64,000 bases of DNA from Bacteroidales bacterium (GCA_017542345.1 JAFXXI010000009.1:32022-96021), one strand, 5' to 3'. Shown: positions 18,163-28,249, counted from the stretch's first letter. Notes: generated by a model not told the origin, from the letters alone. A program made the numbers and translations.

Positions 18163-19539
18163 ATGGAACTCCCCTTTGCAGAAGCCTGGAAAATCAAAAT
18201 GGTTGAGCCCATCAAGAAGAGCACCCGCGAACAGCGCGAGAAGTGGCTCCTCGAGGCCCACAACAACATCTTCATGCTGAAGAGCGACTACGTCTACATC
18301 GACCTGCTGACCGACAGCGGCACCGGCGCCATGAGCGACCGCCAGTGGAGCGCAATGATGATGGGCGACGAGAGCTACGGCGGCGCCCGCTCGTTCTACC
18401 ACATGAAAGATACCATCACCGACATCACCGGCTTTGAATATGTCATCCCGACCCACCAGGGCCGTGCAGCCGAGAACGTGCTGTTCAGCTATCTGGTGAA
18501 ACCCGGCATGATCATCCCCGGCAACGCCCACTTCGACACCACCAAGGGCCACATCGAGAGCCGCAAAGCCTTCGCTATCGACGTGACCGTGCCCGAGGCC
18601 TACGACACCCAGCTGGAAGTGCCCTTCAAGGGCAATGTGAGCCTCGAGAAACTCGAGAAGGTGCTCAAGGAGAACCAGGGTAATGTGCCGTTCATGGTGC
18701 TCACCGTGACGAACAACACCGTCGGCGGCCAGCCCGTGAGCATGCAGAACATCCGCGAGACCTGCGAACTCTGCCACAAATACGGCGTGCCCGTCAACAT
18801 CGACAGCGCCCGCTTCATCGAGAACGCCTACTTCATCAAAACCCGCGAGAAAGGCTATGAGAACAAGACCCTGCGCGAGATCTGCAAGGAGATGTTCAGC
18901 TATGCCGACAGCATGACCATGAGCGCCAAGAAGGACGGTCTGGTGAATATGGGCGGCTTCATCGCCACCAACAAGCAGGACTGGTACGAAGGCGCCAAAC
19001 TGTTCTGCATCCCCTTCGAGGGCTTCCTGACCTACGGCGGTATGAACGGCCGCGACATGGACGCCCTGGCCGTGGGTCTGAAGGAGAACATCGAGTTTGA
19101 GATGGTGGAGACCCGCGTGAAACAGGTGCAGTACCTGGCCGACAAACTGGACGAGTACGGCATCCCCTACCAGCGTCCCGCCGGTGGCCACGCCATCTTC
19201 GTTGACGCCGACAAGGTGCTGACCAACATCCCGAAGGAAGAATTCCCCGCCCAGACGCTGACCTGCGAGCTCTACCTCGAGGCCGGTATCCGCGCCTGCG
19301 AGATTGGCTATGTGCTGGCTGACCGCGACCCCGTGACCCGCGAGAACCGCTTCGGTGGCAACGACTTCGTGCGCCTCTGCATCCCGCGCCGCGTCTACAC
19401 CAATAACCACATGGACGTCATCGCCGCCGCCCTGAAGAACGTCTACGACCGTCGCGACACCATCAAGCGCGGCCTGGAAATCACCTGGGAAGCCGAGCTG
19501 ATGCGCCACTTCACCTGCCAGTTCAAACGCCTTCAATAG
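18163..19539 (+). CDS. tnaA: Tryptophanase (tryptophan indole-lyase)
   Basis: 458 aa in the beta-eliminating lyase family. Motifs DLLTDSGTGAMSDRQW and DTTKGH. The PLP-lysine motif MSAKKDGLVNMGG is as in E. coli TnaA (SAKKD), not tyrosine phenol-lyase (SGKKD). It is collinear with my recollection of the TnaA sequence. Confidence 0.93.
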   Translation: MELPFAEAWKIKMVEPIKKSTREQREKWLLEAHNNIFMLKSDYVYIDLLTDSGTGAMSDRQWSAMMMGDESYGGARSFYHMKDTITDITGFEYVIPTHQGRAAENVLFSYLVKPGMIIPGNAHFDTTKGHIESRKAFAIDVTVPEAYDTQLEVPFKGNVSLEKLEKVLKENQGNVPFMVLTVTNNTVGGQPVSMQNIRETCELCHKYGVPVNIDSARFIENAYFIKTREKGYENKTLREICKEMFSYADSMTMSAKKDGLVNMGGFIATNKQDWYEGAKLFCIPFEGFLTYGGMNGRDMDALAVGLKENIEFEMVETRVKQVQYLADKLDEYGIPYQRPAGGHAIFVDADKVLTNIPKEEFPAQTLTCELYLEAGIRACEIGYVLADRDPVTRENRFGGNDFVRLCIPRRVYTNNHMDVIAAALKNVYDRRDTIKRGLEITWEAELMRHFTCQFKRLQ

Positions 19540-19560
19540 CAAACCCTCAGCGCACACGCG

Positions 19561-20343
19561 ATGAACAAGTTAAGAATCATATCCATAGTTTCTGCCGCAG
19601 CCATGCTGATGCTGACGTCGTGCGTCACACCCCGCCGCGTCAACTACCTGCAGGACATGACTCAGGGCACCCAGATTAAGCTCGAGCACCGTTTCGAGGC
19701 CAAGATAGCCCCCTACGATGAGCTGAGCATCTTCGTGTCAACCTCGCAGGTTGACCAGACCTTGGCGGCACCGTTCAACACCATCGGGACTCCGAATGGC
19801 GTTGGCAACCGCGGCAGCTCCTACCTGGTGGACGTCAACGGCAACATCGACTTCCCCGTGCTGGGCAAGCTGCGTGTGGCCAACCTGACGCGCTTGCAGC
19901 TGCAAGACACCATCACGGCGATGCTGACCCGGGGCGGTTACCTGGACGATCCTTATGTGAATGTGCGCTTCAACAACTTCAAGATATTCTTCATCGGCAA
20001 CGGCACAGGTAAGGTGCTGACTGTAGAGAACGAGCGCTGCACCTTCCTCGAGGCGCTGGCCATGTCGGGCGGACTGGACAACTACACCCGCCGCGACCGC
20101 ATCGCGGTGATGCGCGAGGTGGACGGCCGCATGGTGATGCGCTATCTCGATCCGCGCTCGGCAGAGATATTCTTCGACCCCTTCTACATGCTGCAGCAGA
20201 ACGACTTCATCATCACCGATGGCACGAACGTCGGCACGCTGCGCACCGAGGTCAGTTACTGGACAGGACTGGTTTCAACCCTGTTGACAGCGGCTTCGCT
20301 TATCACCACCATCATGCTTTTCAAAGCAACCAAAAACAACTAA
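19561..20343 (+). CDS. Polysaccharide export outer-membrane lipoprotein (Wza/BexD/CtrA family)
   Basis: 260 aa with lipoprotein signal ..MLMLTSC. It has a Poly_export-like N-terminus and a C-terminal hydrophobic helix. It sits immediately upstream of the wzc-like gene. Confidence 0.8.
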   Translation: MNKLRIISIVSAAAMLMLTSCVTPRRVNYLQDMTQGTQIKLEHRFEAKIAPYDELSIFVSTSQVDQTLAAPFNTIGTPNGVGNRGSSYLVDVNGNIDFPVLGKLRVANLTRLQLQDTITAMLTRGGYLDDPYVNVRFNNFKIFFIGNGTGKVLTVENERCTFLEALAMSGGLDNYTRRDRIAVMREVDGRMVMRYLDPRSAEIFFDPFYMLQQNDFIITDGTNVGTLRTEVSYWTGLVSTLLTAASLITTIMLFKATKNN

Positions 20344-20358
20344 CAACTGATACGACCC

Positions 20359-22791
20359 ATGGCCGACGAAAGCAGACATACTGACACATCGTTCCTCGAC
20401 GAGAAAAGCGGTCCCAAACTGCATGTGAAGGATGTGCTGTTCATCATCCTGCGCAACCTGCACTGGCTGGTGCTGTGCGGTGCCGTGGGAGCCTTTATCG
20501 CCGGCTACTGGGTGCGTCATCAGAACCGCGTCTACGAGAGTAGCGCCCGGGTGCTGATCAAGGGTTCGTCGACCGGCAGTTCCAACAACGCCATGCGCGA
20601 AGCGTCGGTGAAGACCATGTTCGCCAACAAGGCGCTCTACAACAGCGACATCAACAACGAAATGATGATATTCACCTCGAAGTCGGCCATCACCGAAGTG
20701 GCGCAGACCTTGAAATTGAATATCACCTACACCGCCAAGACCCGTATTGTCAACCGTGTGAAGGATCTCTATGGGGAGATGCCCTTCACCATCGACTTCA
20801 TCGACAACAGCGAAGACGACTACGTGAGCTTTGACGCCACACCGCTGGACGCCGAGCAACTGCGCATTGACATGGAGGGATACGAACCAATGACCCTGAA
20901 GTACAACGACACAGTGGCTGCACCATTTGGCCGCATCGTTGCCCATAGCACCTGGTTCCTCACTCCATCGTACTATGACGTACCCATCCATGTGACGCAC
21001 AACAGCATCGACGCCACGATTGACCACTACCGTGCCGCCCTGCAGGTGTATCGCGACGACGACTTCAACACCATCGTGAACATCAGACTGAACGACTCGT
21101 CGCCCATCAGGGCCACCGAGGTCATCAACGAGGCCATACGCGTGTACAACGAAGATGCCGTCAAGGACAAGAAGCGCATCATCGCCTACACCTATGACTA
21201 TATCAATGAGCGCCTCCAGATGCTGCAGTCGGACCTCGGCATACAGGAGAACGCCCTCGCCAACTTCAAGCGCGAGAACAGGCTGCTCGACCTGTCGTCC
21301 TACGGCGAATCCTATCTGGCCACCAGCATCAAGAGTTCGGAGGAAATTGACCGTCTGAACAAGCAGCTTTCGACCGCCCGCTACCTGATTCAGGCCAACG
21401 AGAGCGGTACCGAGGCACACCTGATACCGAACAACATCGGCATTGACGACGACCACATCATGCAGCTCATCAGCAAGCATAACGCACTGGTGCTGGAGTT
21501 GACAAAATACCAAAGCCAGAACAACCCTGTGGTACGTCAGCGGACCAGCGAACTGAAAACCTTGCGGAGCGACATGAACACCCTGCTGGACGTCTATGTG
21601 GGCGTACTCCAGGAGCGTATCGCAGAGGCCCAGATTGCCGCCGATGCAGCCTCGAGCAAGATGAGCAATGTACCTCGGCAGCAGCTCTATATAGAGAGCC
21701 TCGAAAGGGTACAGAAAATCAAAGAGGAGCTCTACCTGCACCTGCTCAGCCGCCGCGAGGAGCTGATGATCAGCCAGCCCTCCATCGAGCCCAACGGCAA
21801 GATTCTCGACCCCGCACGCATCAACCGCACCCCCATATCGCCCAACGAGAAACGCACCACCATGATGGGCCTGCTGATTGGCCTGCTGGTGCCCGTGGCA
21901 ATCTTCTTCCTGCGTCGTCTGCTTGACACCAAGGTGAAGTACTACACCGACGTGATGAGGGGCACCGCAGCACCGTTCCTGTGCGAGATACCGCAGCGCG
22001 AGAAAGACGACGACCGCGACCTGGTGGTCACCGACCACGACCATGACGCCATGTCGGAGTCGTTCAGGCTGTTGCGCGCCAAAGTGGACTTCCTCGACAC
22101 CGATGCCGGCCGCAAGCAGGCTCGCATCTATATGGTAACCTCACTGCTGCCAGGCATGGGTAAAACCTTCATCTCGTCCAACCTGGCCGCCAGCCTCGGC
22201 ATCGCCGGCAAACGGGTCATCCTCCTTGACCTCGACCTCCGCCGCGGTTCGCTGACACGCCAGTTCTACTCTCGCCAGCACGCCGGTCTCTCCAACTACC
22301 TGGTGGGCAAGACCGACAACTGGGAAGGTCTTATCAAGCACGACATGATATGCAAAGGCGTGGACAGCATCTTCACCGGTCCTATACCGCCCAACCCGAC
22401 AGAACTCTTGGGTAACGGTAGACTTGAGGAGCTGGTGGAGAAGCTCAAACAAAACTATGAATACATACTCTTCGACACCGCCCCCACCGGACTGGTTGTC
22501 GATACCGATATTATCAAGCATCTTGTGGACAACACATTGTTTGTCATCCGCTCCGGCAAGTTCGACAAACGTATGCTCGAAGATATCGAACAATTGTACC
22601 AAAGTCATTCCTTCCCCAACATGGCACTGCTGCTCAACGACGTGCACTACAAGAAGCTCATGCCCTACGAAAAGAAATACGGATACGGGTATGGCTATGG
22701 TTACGGGTACGGGTATGGTTACGGCTATGGCTACGGGTATGGCTATGGCTACGGTACCAATGAACAAGAAGACAATAACCAAAACGAATAA
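20359..22791 (+). CDS. Polysaccharide co-polymerase / BY-tyrosine kinase (Wzc/GumC-like) with (YG)13 tail
   Basis: 810 aa. It has an N-terminal Wzz-type domain with two TM helices and a coiled coil. The C-terminal P-loop ATPase shows SLLPGMGKTFISSNLA, LLDLDLRRG and ILFDTAP. It ends in a Tyr-rich tail. Confidence 0.88.
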   Translation: MADESRHTDTSFLDEKSGPKLHVKDVLFIILRNLHWLVLCGAVGAFIAGYWVRHQNRVYESSARVLIKGSSTGSSNNAMREASVKTMFANKALYNSDINNEMMIFTSKSAITEVAQTLKLNITYTAKTRIVNRVKDLYGEMPFTIDFIDNSEDDYVSFDATPLDAEQLRIDMEGYEPMTLKYNDTVAAPFGRIVAHSTWFLTPSYYDVPIHVTHNSIDATIDHYRAALQVYRDDDFNTIVNIRLNDSSPIRATEVINEAIRVYNEDAVKDKKRIIAYTYDYINERLQMLQSDLGIQENALANFKRENRLLDLSSYGESYLATSIKSSEEIDRLNKQLSTARYLIQANESGTEAHLIPNNIGIDDDHIMQLISKHNALVLELTKYQSQNNPVVRQRTSELKTLRSDMNTLLDVYVGVLQERIAEAQIAADAASSKMSNVPRQQLYIESLERVQKIKEELYLHLLSRREELMISQPSIEPNGKILDPARINRTPISPNEKRTTMMGLLIGLLVPVAIFFLRRLLDTKVKYYTDVMRGTAAPFLCEIPQREKDDDRDLVVTDHDHDAMSESFRLLRAKVDFLDTDAGRKQARIYMVTSLLPGMGKTFISSNLAASLGIAGKRVILLDLDLRRGSLTRQFYSRQHAGLSNYLVGKTDNWEGLIKHDMICKGVDSIFTGPIPPNPTELLGNGRLEELVEKLKQNYEYILFDTAPTGLVVDTDIIKHLVDNTLFVIRSGKFDKRMLEDIEQLYQSHSFPNMALLLNDVHYKKLMPYEKKYGYGYGYGYGYGYGYGYGYGYGYGYGTNEQEDNNQNE
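22678..22755 (+). repeat. (Tyr-Gly)x13 coding repeat at the Wzc C-terminus
   Basis: There are 13 consecutive TAY-GGN codon pairs with mixed synonymous codons (tac gga tac ggg tat ggc tat ggt ...). Confidence 0.9.
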
Positions 22792-22824
22792 ATACAAACA
22801 AAAGACCACTGCTGAAACTGTCCA

Positions 22825-24303
22825 ATGAAACGTCTAGTCACCATATTATCACTGCTCATCATCACTGCAAGTCTGTCGGCACAGAACTTCCAGCGGAAGG
22901 GATTCTCCCTCGGTGCAGACCGTGATACCCTGCTCTATATCATTGCGTCTCCCTTTGACAACTGGTACATTACACCAAGTATTGGATTGCAAACATTTAT
23001 TGGAAATGCACCAGATAATGAGGCCTGCTGGAACAAACTCGACTATAACATACGTGTTGAGGTCGGGAAATGGGTTATCCCCGATATTGCTGTAGCCTTG
23101 CGCATGGGATTCTCCACTATTCATAGTCAGTCGCTTCATGGCGGCAATAACCCGTTGACAGACCTCAATTCCCCAATTACATATCCGAATGCTGCCACTG
23201 CTTACTATCCTATCAGTGCATATTCCTTCTTTGCACAAGGAATAGTAAATATGGACTGGACTAACTTCCTCAAAGGCTACGAACGCGGCAAACGTTCCCG
23301 CTTCCATATCAACACTCCGCTTGGCTTTGGCGGTATCGTATTGTTCGGCAAAGTTATCAATCAAAACTATATCGACAAAGTCCATCGCAACGATAATGAG
23401 AATGATATGGAGCTCGGCCAAATGAGCAGAAACCTTGAACTGGCTTTTACTGCCGGTATAATGGCTGAATACTATGTATCTAAAAAAATAGCCATCAACG
23501 CATCCACCGAATTACTTTGGGCCCGAGGCAGTCTTGACGACTACAACTACAATCTGGATGCAGACAACAGGCGTGTTGACTTCATGCCCTCATTCAACAT
23601 AGGCATCCGCTTCAACCTGTTGGAGAACGTCACCAAATACAACCCCTACACCAAAGTCTCCTCGCGCGAGAAAGTGAACCACGAGTTCATCTCCTTCGGC
23701 TCACGCAATACCCTCTCGACCCTCAAAGGCCGCATCGATCGTCTCAACTCGCAGATTGACTCGGTGCAGAACCTCTCCGACCTCCGTGGCCAGCAAGACT
23801 CCTTGGCTATTGCCGCCATGACCGAAGAGCGCGACAGCCTCCAGCGCCAGCTTGATTCTGCCGACTACCGCACCTATGGCCGCGCGCCAGCCAACATGAT
23901 TGAGGAGCTTATCTCCGCCAACGAGGTTCTCGGTCTGCCCGCCACCATCGTCTACTTCCAGCTCGACCGCTACGACCTCGACTACAACGGCCGCAAGCGT
24001 CTGCAGAACTTCGCCAAGGAGATTTCCAACGTGGACGACACCGTCGAGTTCTATATCATTGGTGCTGCCGACTCGCTCACCGGCACCAAGCGCCACAACA
24101 TGTGGCTCTCCGAGCGCCGCAGTGAGGCAGCCTACAACATGCTTGTCGAGCGCTTCAACGTTGATCCCAACCAGCTGATCAAGATAGCCCTGGGCGGCAT
24201 CACCGAGTACGATCCGCAGGAGAACAACCGTATGGCGATGGTCATCATGCGCACCCCCGAGGTGGAGGCCATCATTGAGCGCTGGACAAAGGATAAGAAA
24301 TAG
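22825..24303 (+). CDS. OmpA-family outer-membrane protein (N-terminal barrel + coiled coil + OmpA_C peptidoglycan-binding domain)
   Basis: 492 aa with signal peptide ..LIITASLSAQ and a central heptad-like region. The C-terminus reads ..IVYFQLDRYDLDYNGRKRL..IIGAADSLTGTKRHNMWLSERRSEAAYNML. Confidence 0.85.
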   Translation: MKRLVTILSLLIITASLSAQNFQRKGFSLGADRDTLLYIIASPFDNWYITPSIGLQTFIGNAPDNEACWNKLDYNIRVEVGKWVIPDIAVALRMGFSTIHSQSLHGGNNPLTDLNSPITYPNAATAYYPISAYSFFAQGIVNMDWTNFLKGYERGKRSRFHINTPLGFGGIVLFGKVINQNYIDKVHRNDNENDMELGQMSRNLELAFTAGIMAEYYVSKKIAINASTELLWARGSLDDYNYNLDADNRRVDFMPSFNIGIRFNLLENVTKYNPYTKVSSREKVNHEFISFGSRNTLSTLKGRIDRLNSQIDSVQNLSDLRGQQDSLAIAAMTEERDSLQRQLDSADYRTYGRAPANMIEELISANEVLGLPATIVYFQLDRYDLDYNGRKRLQNFAKEISNVDDTVEFYIIGAADSLTGTKRHNMWLSERRSEAAYNMLVERFNVDPNQLIKIALGGITEYDPQENNRMAMVIMRTPEVEAIIERWTKDKK

Positions 24304-24320
24304 TCCAACGGCATAAAGAA

Positions 24321-24355
24321 AGGCCCCGCAAGCATCTGCTTGCGGGGCCTTTTTC
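24321..24355. terminator. Bidirectional hairpin terminator between convergent genes
   Basis: AGGCCCCGCAAGC-atct-GCTTGCGGGGCCT followed by TTTTT, with an A-rich stretch on the other side. Confidence 0.8.
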
Positions 24356-24369
24356 ATTCCCTACTCTCC

Positions 24370-24882
24370 TTATTTCAGACCCAGTTTTTTCTTCACCTGG
24401 GGCATGATGTCATCGCTATCCTGCGAGTAGAGCACCGTTGTCGAGCCGGCGTCAAGGATATAGGTGTAGCCACCTTCACGGGCAACATCTTCAATAGCCT
24501 TCTTGGCACGGTCAATGATGGGTTTCAGCAACTCAGCCTCACGGTCCTGCAACTGCTTCTGGGCATTCTCCTGGAACTCCTGGATACGGGCAGCCATATC
24601 CTGAATCTCGCGCTGCTTGGTCTGGCGAATGAGTTCGGTCCAGCCGGCCTGTCCGGCCACATATTCGTTATAGCGTTTCTCGGCCTCGGCCTGCATCGAC
24701 TTGAGGGTCTCCTCCAGTTCGGTCACCTCGGCCTGCAGAACTGCCTGTGCCGAGTCGCGGCCGGGCATAATCTGCATAAGTTCGGTGGAATTGATGTGGC
24801 CCAATTTGAGGTTTTTCTGGGCCATGGCGCTGCCGCCAAAGGCCAGCAGGCACACTGCAATTGCGATAAGTGTCTTTTTCAT
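24370..24882 (-). CDS. ompH: OmpH/Skp-family periplasmic chaperone
   Basis: 170 aa with a signal peptide. Helical and Q/E/K-rich, with ..ELLKPIIDRAKKAIEDVAREGGYTYILD.. typical of OmpH. Syntenic with bamA. Confidence 0.88.
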   Translation of the reverse strand: MKKTLIAIAVCLLAFGGSAMAQKNLKLGHINSTELMQIMPGRDSAQAVLQAEVTELEETLKSMQAEAEKRYNEYVAGQAGWTELIRQTKQREIQDMAARIQEFQENAQKQLQDREAELLKPIIDRAKKAIEDVAREGGYTYILDAGSTTVLYSQDSDDIMPQVKKKLGLK

Positions 24883-24905
24883 TCTTGTATAGTTTGTTTT
24901 ATTTG

Positions 24906-25598
24906 TTATCTCTTCTTTGCATCACCGAGAGGCATCGGCACACTCTTGGCACCGAGTTGCTGTCCCTGCGGCTTCCGCAACTCGGGGTTTGACGGGCGCG
25001 AACGTTCTGCTTTTTCCGACTGCTTGTCGCCACCCTTGCCCTTACTCTCTGAGGCCGACGGCTGCTCCGAGACAGCTCCCGGCTTGATGCCCAGCGCCTC
25101 CAGCACCTCGTCGCTGATGTCATACTTCTTGCTGGCATAGAGCACCGTGGCGCTGCCTGCCTTGTCGAAGATGAAGGCGTAGTTCTTCTCCTGGGCAATG
25201 CGCTCTATAGCGGAATAGACACGGTCCTGCACCGGCTTGAGCAACTCGGCACGACGTGCATCGAGGTCACCGCCTGCGCCAAAGCGCTGCTGCTGCAAGG
25301 TGCGTATTTCCTGCTCCTTGGCTCTAATGTCCTCCTGACGACGCTTCTTCAGGTTGTCAGGCAGCAGATAGCTCTCTTGCTCATACTCGGCACGCATATT
25401 GTCCAGCTCGGCGGCCTTGTCCGACAGCTCTTTCGTCCAGTCGGCCACATACTTGTCCAACCGCTTCTGTGCATTGGCGTAGTCGGGAATCGACTTCATC
25501 ACATAGTCGGTGTTGATGCAGGCATACTTCTGGGCCAGGGCCACAGGAGCCAAGGCCAGCAGTGCAAGGAGTATGGTCAAACGCTGTTTCATGGTCAA
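24906..25598 (-). CDS. ompH: OmpH/Skp-family chaperone, longer paralogue with basic disordered tail
   Basis: 230 aa with a signal peptide. It shows ..AELLKPVQDRVYSAIERIAQEKNYAFIFD.. and a C-terminal ~60-aa S/K/G/P-rich extension. Confidence 0.85.
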   Translation of the reverse strand: MTMKQRLTILLALLALAPVALAQKYACINTDYVMKSIPDYANAQKRLDKYVADWTKELSDKAAELDNMRAEYEQESYLLPDNLKKRRQEDIRAKEQEIRTLQQQRFGAGGDLDARRAELLKPVQDRVYSAIERIAQEKNYAFIFDKAGSATVLYASKKYDISDEVLEALGIKPGAVSEQPSASESKGKGGDKQSEKAERSRPSNPELRKPQGQQLGAKSVPMPLGDAKKR

Positions 25599-28141
25599 TC
25601 AAGGCTTTGTCCGAGAGAGAAGTGGAACTGGCTGCCGCCGCTGGCGCCGTCGAAGCCGTAGCCCCAGTCGACACCGATCAGTCCAAACATGGGCATGAAC
25701 AGACGCACGCCAATACCGGCCGAGTTATACATCTTGAAGGGCTGGAAGTCCTTGATGTCACTCCAGCAGTTACCGCCTTCCAGGAAGCCCGCCACCCAGA
25801 TAGTGGCATTGGGGCTCTCGATGATGGGCTGGCGCAACTCGAGGGTGAAGCGGTCGAACACCGAGCCGCCGGCAGTGGGGCTGAGCGAGTTGTTCTCGTA
25901 GCCACGCAACGGCACCACCTCGCGTCCGTCGAGCATCCACGATGACAGACCGTCGCCACCGAGGAAGTAGCGGCCGAAGGGCGCCAGGCCGATGTCCTTG
26001 TTATAGTAGCTCATAAAGCCGAAGCGGAAGCGCGTGTTGAGCACCACGTCGCCCACCAAATTGAGCATCCACGAACCACGCAGGTTCACCTTGTAGTACT
26101 CCACCCAGCGATACTTCTCCTGGTCGGTGGCGCCACTATAGTCCTTGCCGTTCATCAGCGAATAGGGCGGCGTCACATACGTCGCCACGCTCACCTCCGA
26201 ACCACTTCGGGCGTAGATGGGCGAGTCGAGCGAATTGCGGCTCAACGTGAAGCCGTAGGACACATCGTTGGCCACGCCATCCGCGAACAGACCTGCCGCC
26301 AGGTTGTTGTAGTTCTTCAACGTGTAGTGTTTATAGCTGAGGCCGTGGCTCATGATGAAATAGTCGTCGGGCCACTTTAGGCGTTTCGAGAAGCTGATGC
26401 CCGCACCGGTAATCTTCAGACTGTAGTAATCCGGGTGGGTATCCTTATAGTAGAATCCGTTGCTATAGAGGTTGTGGTAGATGCTGCCGGTGAGGCTCTG
26501 TGCGCGGTGGCCACCCAACCATGGTTCGGTGAACGAGGCGCTGATAGCGTAATAGTAGGTACCGTTGGTAACGGCATTGAAGCTCAACTTCTGACCATCG
26601 CCGGCAGGCAGCGGCGCCCAGGCATCCCTGTTGAAGATATTGCGCACGCTAAAATTGTTGAGACTCAAACCTATCTGACCAATCACCATGCCGCTACCGT
26701 AGCCGCCCTGCAGGTTTATCTGGCTCGTCGAGCCCTCTTCTACCTTGTAGACGATGTCCACCGTGCCGTCCTCGGCGTTGGGCTTGGGCTCGGGCACAAT
26801 GCTTTCCTCTTTGAAGTATCCAAGAGTCACCAACTCGCGGCGGCTGCGGATGACCGCGTCGCGGCTGAACAAATCACCCGGACGCGTGTGCAGCTCACGC
26901 ATGATGATTTTGTCATTGGTGATGGTATTGCCCTCCACCCACACGTTGCGGATGCGGGCCTGCTTGCCCTCGACAATGCGCACCTCGATGTCAATCGAGT
27001 CGTCCACCACGGCTACCTCCACAGGCGTGGCACGGAAGAAGAGGTATCCGTTGTCCATGTAGAGCGACGTGATGTCGGTGCCCGAGGGGTTGTAGGTCAT
27101 GTTCTCGTCGAGCTGCTTGCGGTTGTACGGGTCGCCCTTGCTGATGCGCAGCGCACGGCGCAGCACCTCGTCGCTGTACACCGTGTTGCCGCTGAAGGTG
27201 ATGTTTCGGAAGAAGAAACGCTGGCCCTCGTAGACCTGAACCTTCACCTTCACACGGTCCTGGCTCTGCTGTTTCTTCTTGCTCACCTTCAACTCATCCT
27301 GCGGCACGTCCCACACCGTGTCGCTCACGATACGCGCGTCGCGGAAGCCCTGCTCGTTATAGTAGTCGATGACTTTGCCCAGATCCTCGCGGAAGTCGTT
27401 CTCCACATAGCGGCTCTTCTTCCAGAATGCCTTGGTCCAGAAGCGCAACTTCCAGAAGTAGTGCACGTCGTGTGTCTTCTCCATCTTGGTCTGCAGCTTC
27501 GTGTCGCTCAACTGCTCGTTGCCCTCGAACATCAGCGAGTCAATCTTCACCTTCTTGCCGCGCTTGACATTGAATGTAATGGTGATACGCCCGTTGGTGT
27601 CGGCCTTGGTCTCGGGGGTCACCTCCACACGGGTGTAGCCCTTGTCGATGTAGTATCCTTTGATTTTGTTGGACGAGGTGCGCAAAAGGTTCTCTGTCAC
27701 CACGTCGCCCGTCACCAGTTTTATTTCCTCGCGCAGCTTGTCAGCCTCGCCCTTCTTCACGCCGGTGAAGTTGAAGTTTTCCATGCGGGGGCGTTCCTTG
27801 AGCACAATCTTCAGGAATGCGATGTTGCCCTGTATGCGCGTCACCTTGATCTGCACATCCTCAAACATGCCCTGCTTCCATAGGTTCTCGATGGCCGCCG
27901 ACAGCTTGTCGCCCGGAATCTTCAGCCGCTCGCCCACCTGCAGTCCTGCCACCAGCTGCACCACACGGGTATCGAAGTTGTCGGCACCCTCAAAGGTGAT
28001 GCCTCCGATTTCATAGGTCTTAGGGGTCAAGTAGTCAATGTCGTAGCCCCCATCGCCTCCAACCACGGTCTGCGACCGCAGCGCGAAAACGTTCACTAAC
28101 AACAGGGCTGCGAGCAGCAGCTGGCGTTTTGTATCTTTCAT
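25595..28141 (-). CDS. bamA: Outer-membrane protein assembly factor BamA (Omp85)
   Basis: 848 aa with a signal peptide. It has repeated POTRA-like units and a C-terminal barrel. It sits in the conserved uppS-bamA-ompH-ompH order. Confidence 0.9.
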   Translation of the reverse strand: MKDTKRQLLLAALLLVNVFALRSQTVVGGDGGYDIDYLTPKTYEIGGITFEGADNFDTRVVQLVAGLQVGERLKIPGDKLSAAIENLWKQGMFEDVQIKVTRIQGNIAFLKIVLKERPRMENFNFTGVKKGEADKLREEIKLVTGDVVTENLLRTSSNKIKGYYIDKGYTRVEVTPETKADTNGRITITFNVKRGKKVKIDSLMFEGNEQLSDTKLQTKMEKTHDVHYFWKLRFWTKAFWKKSRYVENDFREDLGKVIDYYNEQGFRDARIVSDTVWDVPQDELKVSKKKQQSQDRVKVKVQVYEGQRFFFRNITFSGNTVYSDEVLRRALRISKGDPYNRKQLDENMTYNPSGTDITSLYMDNGYLFFRATPVEVAVVDDSIDIEVRIVEGKQARIRNVWVEGNTITNDKIIMRELHTRPGDLFSRDAVIRSRRELVTLGYFKEESIVPEPKPNAEDGTVDIVYKVEEGSTSQINLQGGYGSGMVIGQIGLSLNNFSVRNIFNRDAWAPLPAGDGQKLSFNAVTNGTYYYAISASFTEPWLGGHRAQSLTGSIYHNLYSNGFYYKDTHPDYYSLKITGAGISFSKRLKWPDDYFIMSHGLSYKHYTLKNYNNLAAGLFADGVANDVSYGFTLSRNSLDSPIYARSGSEVSVATYVTPPYSLMNGKDYSGATDQEKYRWVEYYKVNLRGSWMLNLVGDVVLNTRFRFGFMSYYNKDIGLAPFGRYFLGGDGLSSWMLDGREVVPLRGYENNSLSPTAGGSVFDRFTLELRQPIIESPNATIWVAGFLEGGNCWSDIKDFQPFKMYNSAGIGVRLFMPMFGLIGVDWGYGFDGASGGSQFHFSLGQSLD

Positions 28142-28249
28142 CTACAATGTCTCTTTGTCAAATGCCGGTCACCCCGACAACCTTATAATAACTCCCCATT
28201 GTCTGTTTTATTATATATCATACATATTTTTTGAGAAAATTAACATCGC

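Noticed and set aside
18148-19557. A 469-aa minus-strand ORF exactly antisense to tnaA. Similar antisense ORFs lie at 20275-22044 (wzc), 26435-27883 (bamA), 42953-44059 (pgi), 54177-55712 (POT transporter) and 58306-62220 (rpoC).
   Set aside because: In each case the opposite strand encodes a protein with unmistakable family motifs. The antisense products are low-complexity (G/A/V/D/H/L-rich) with no recognisable domain.
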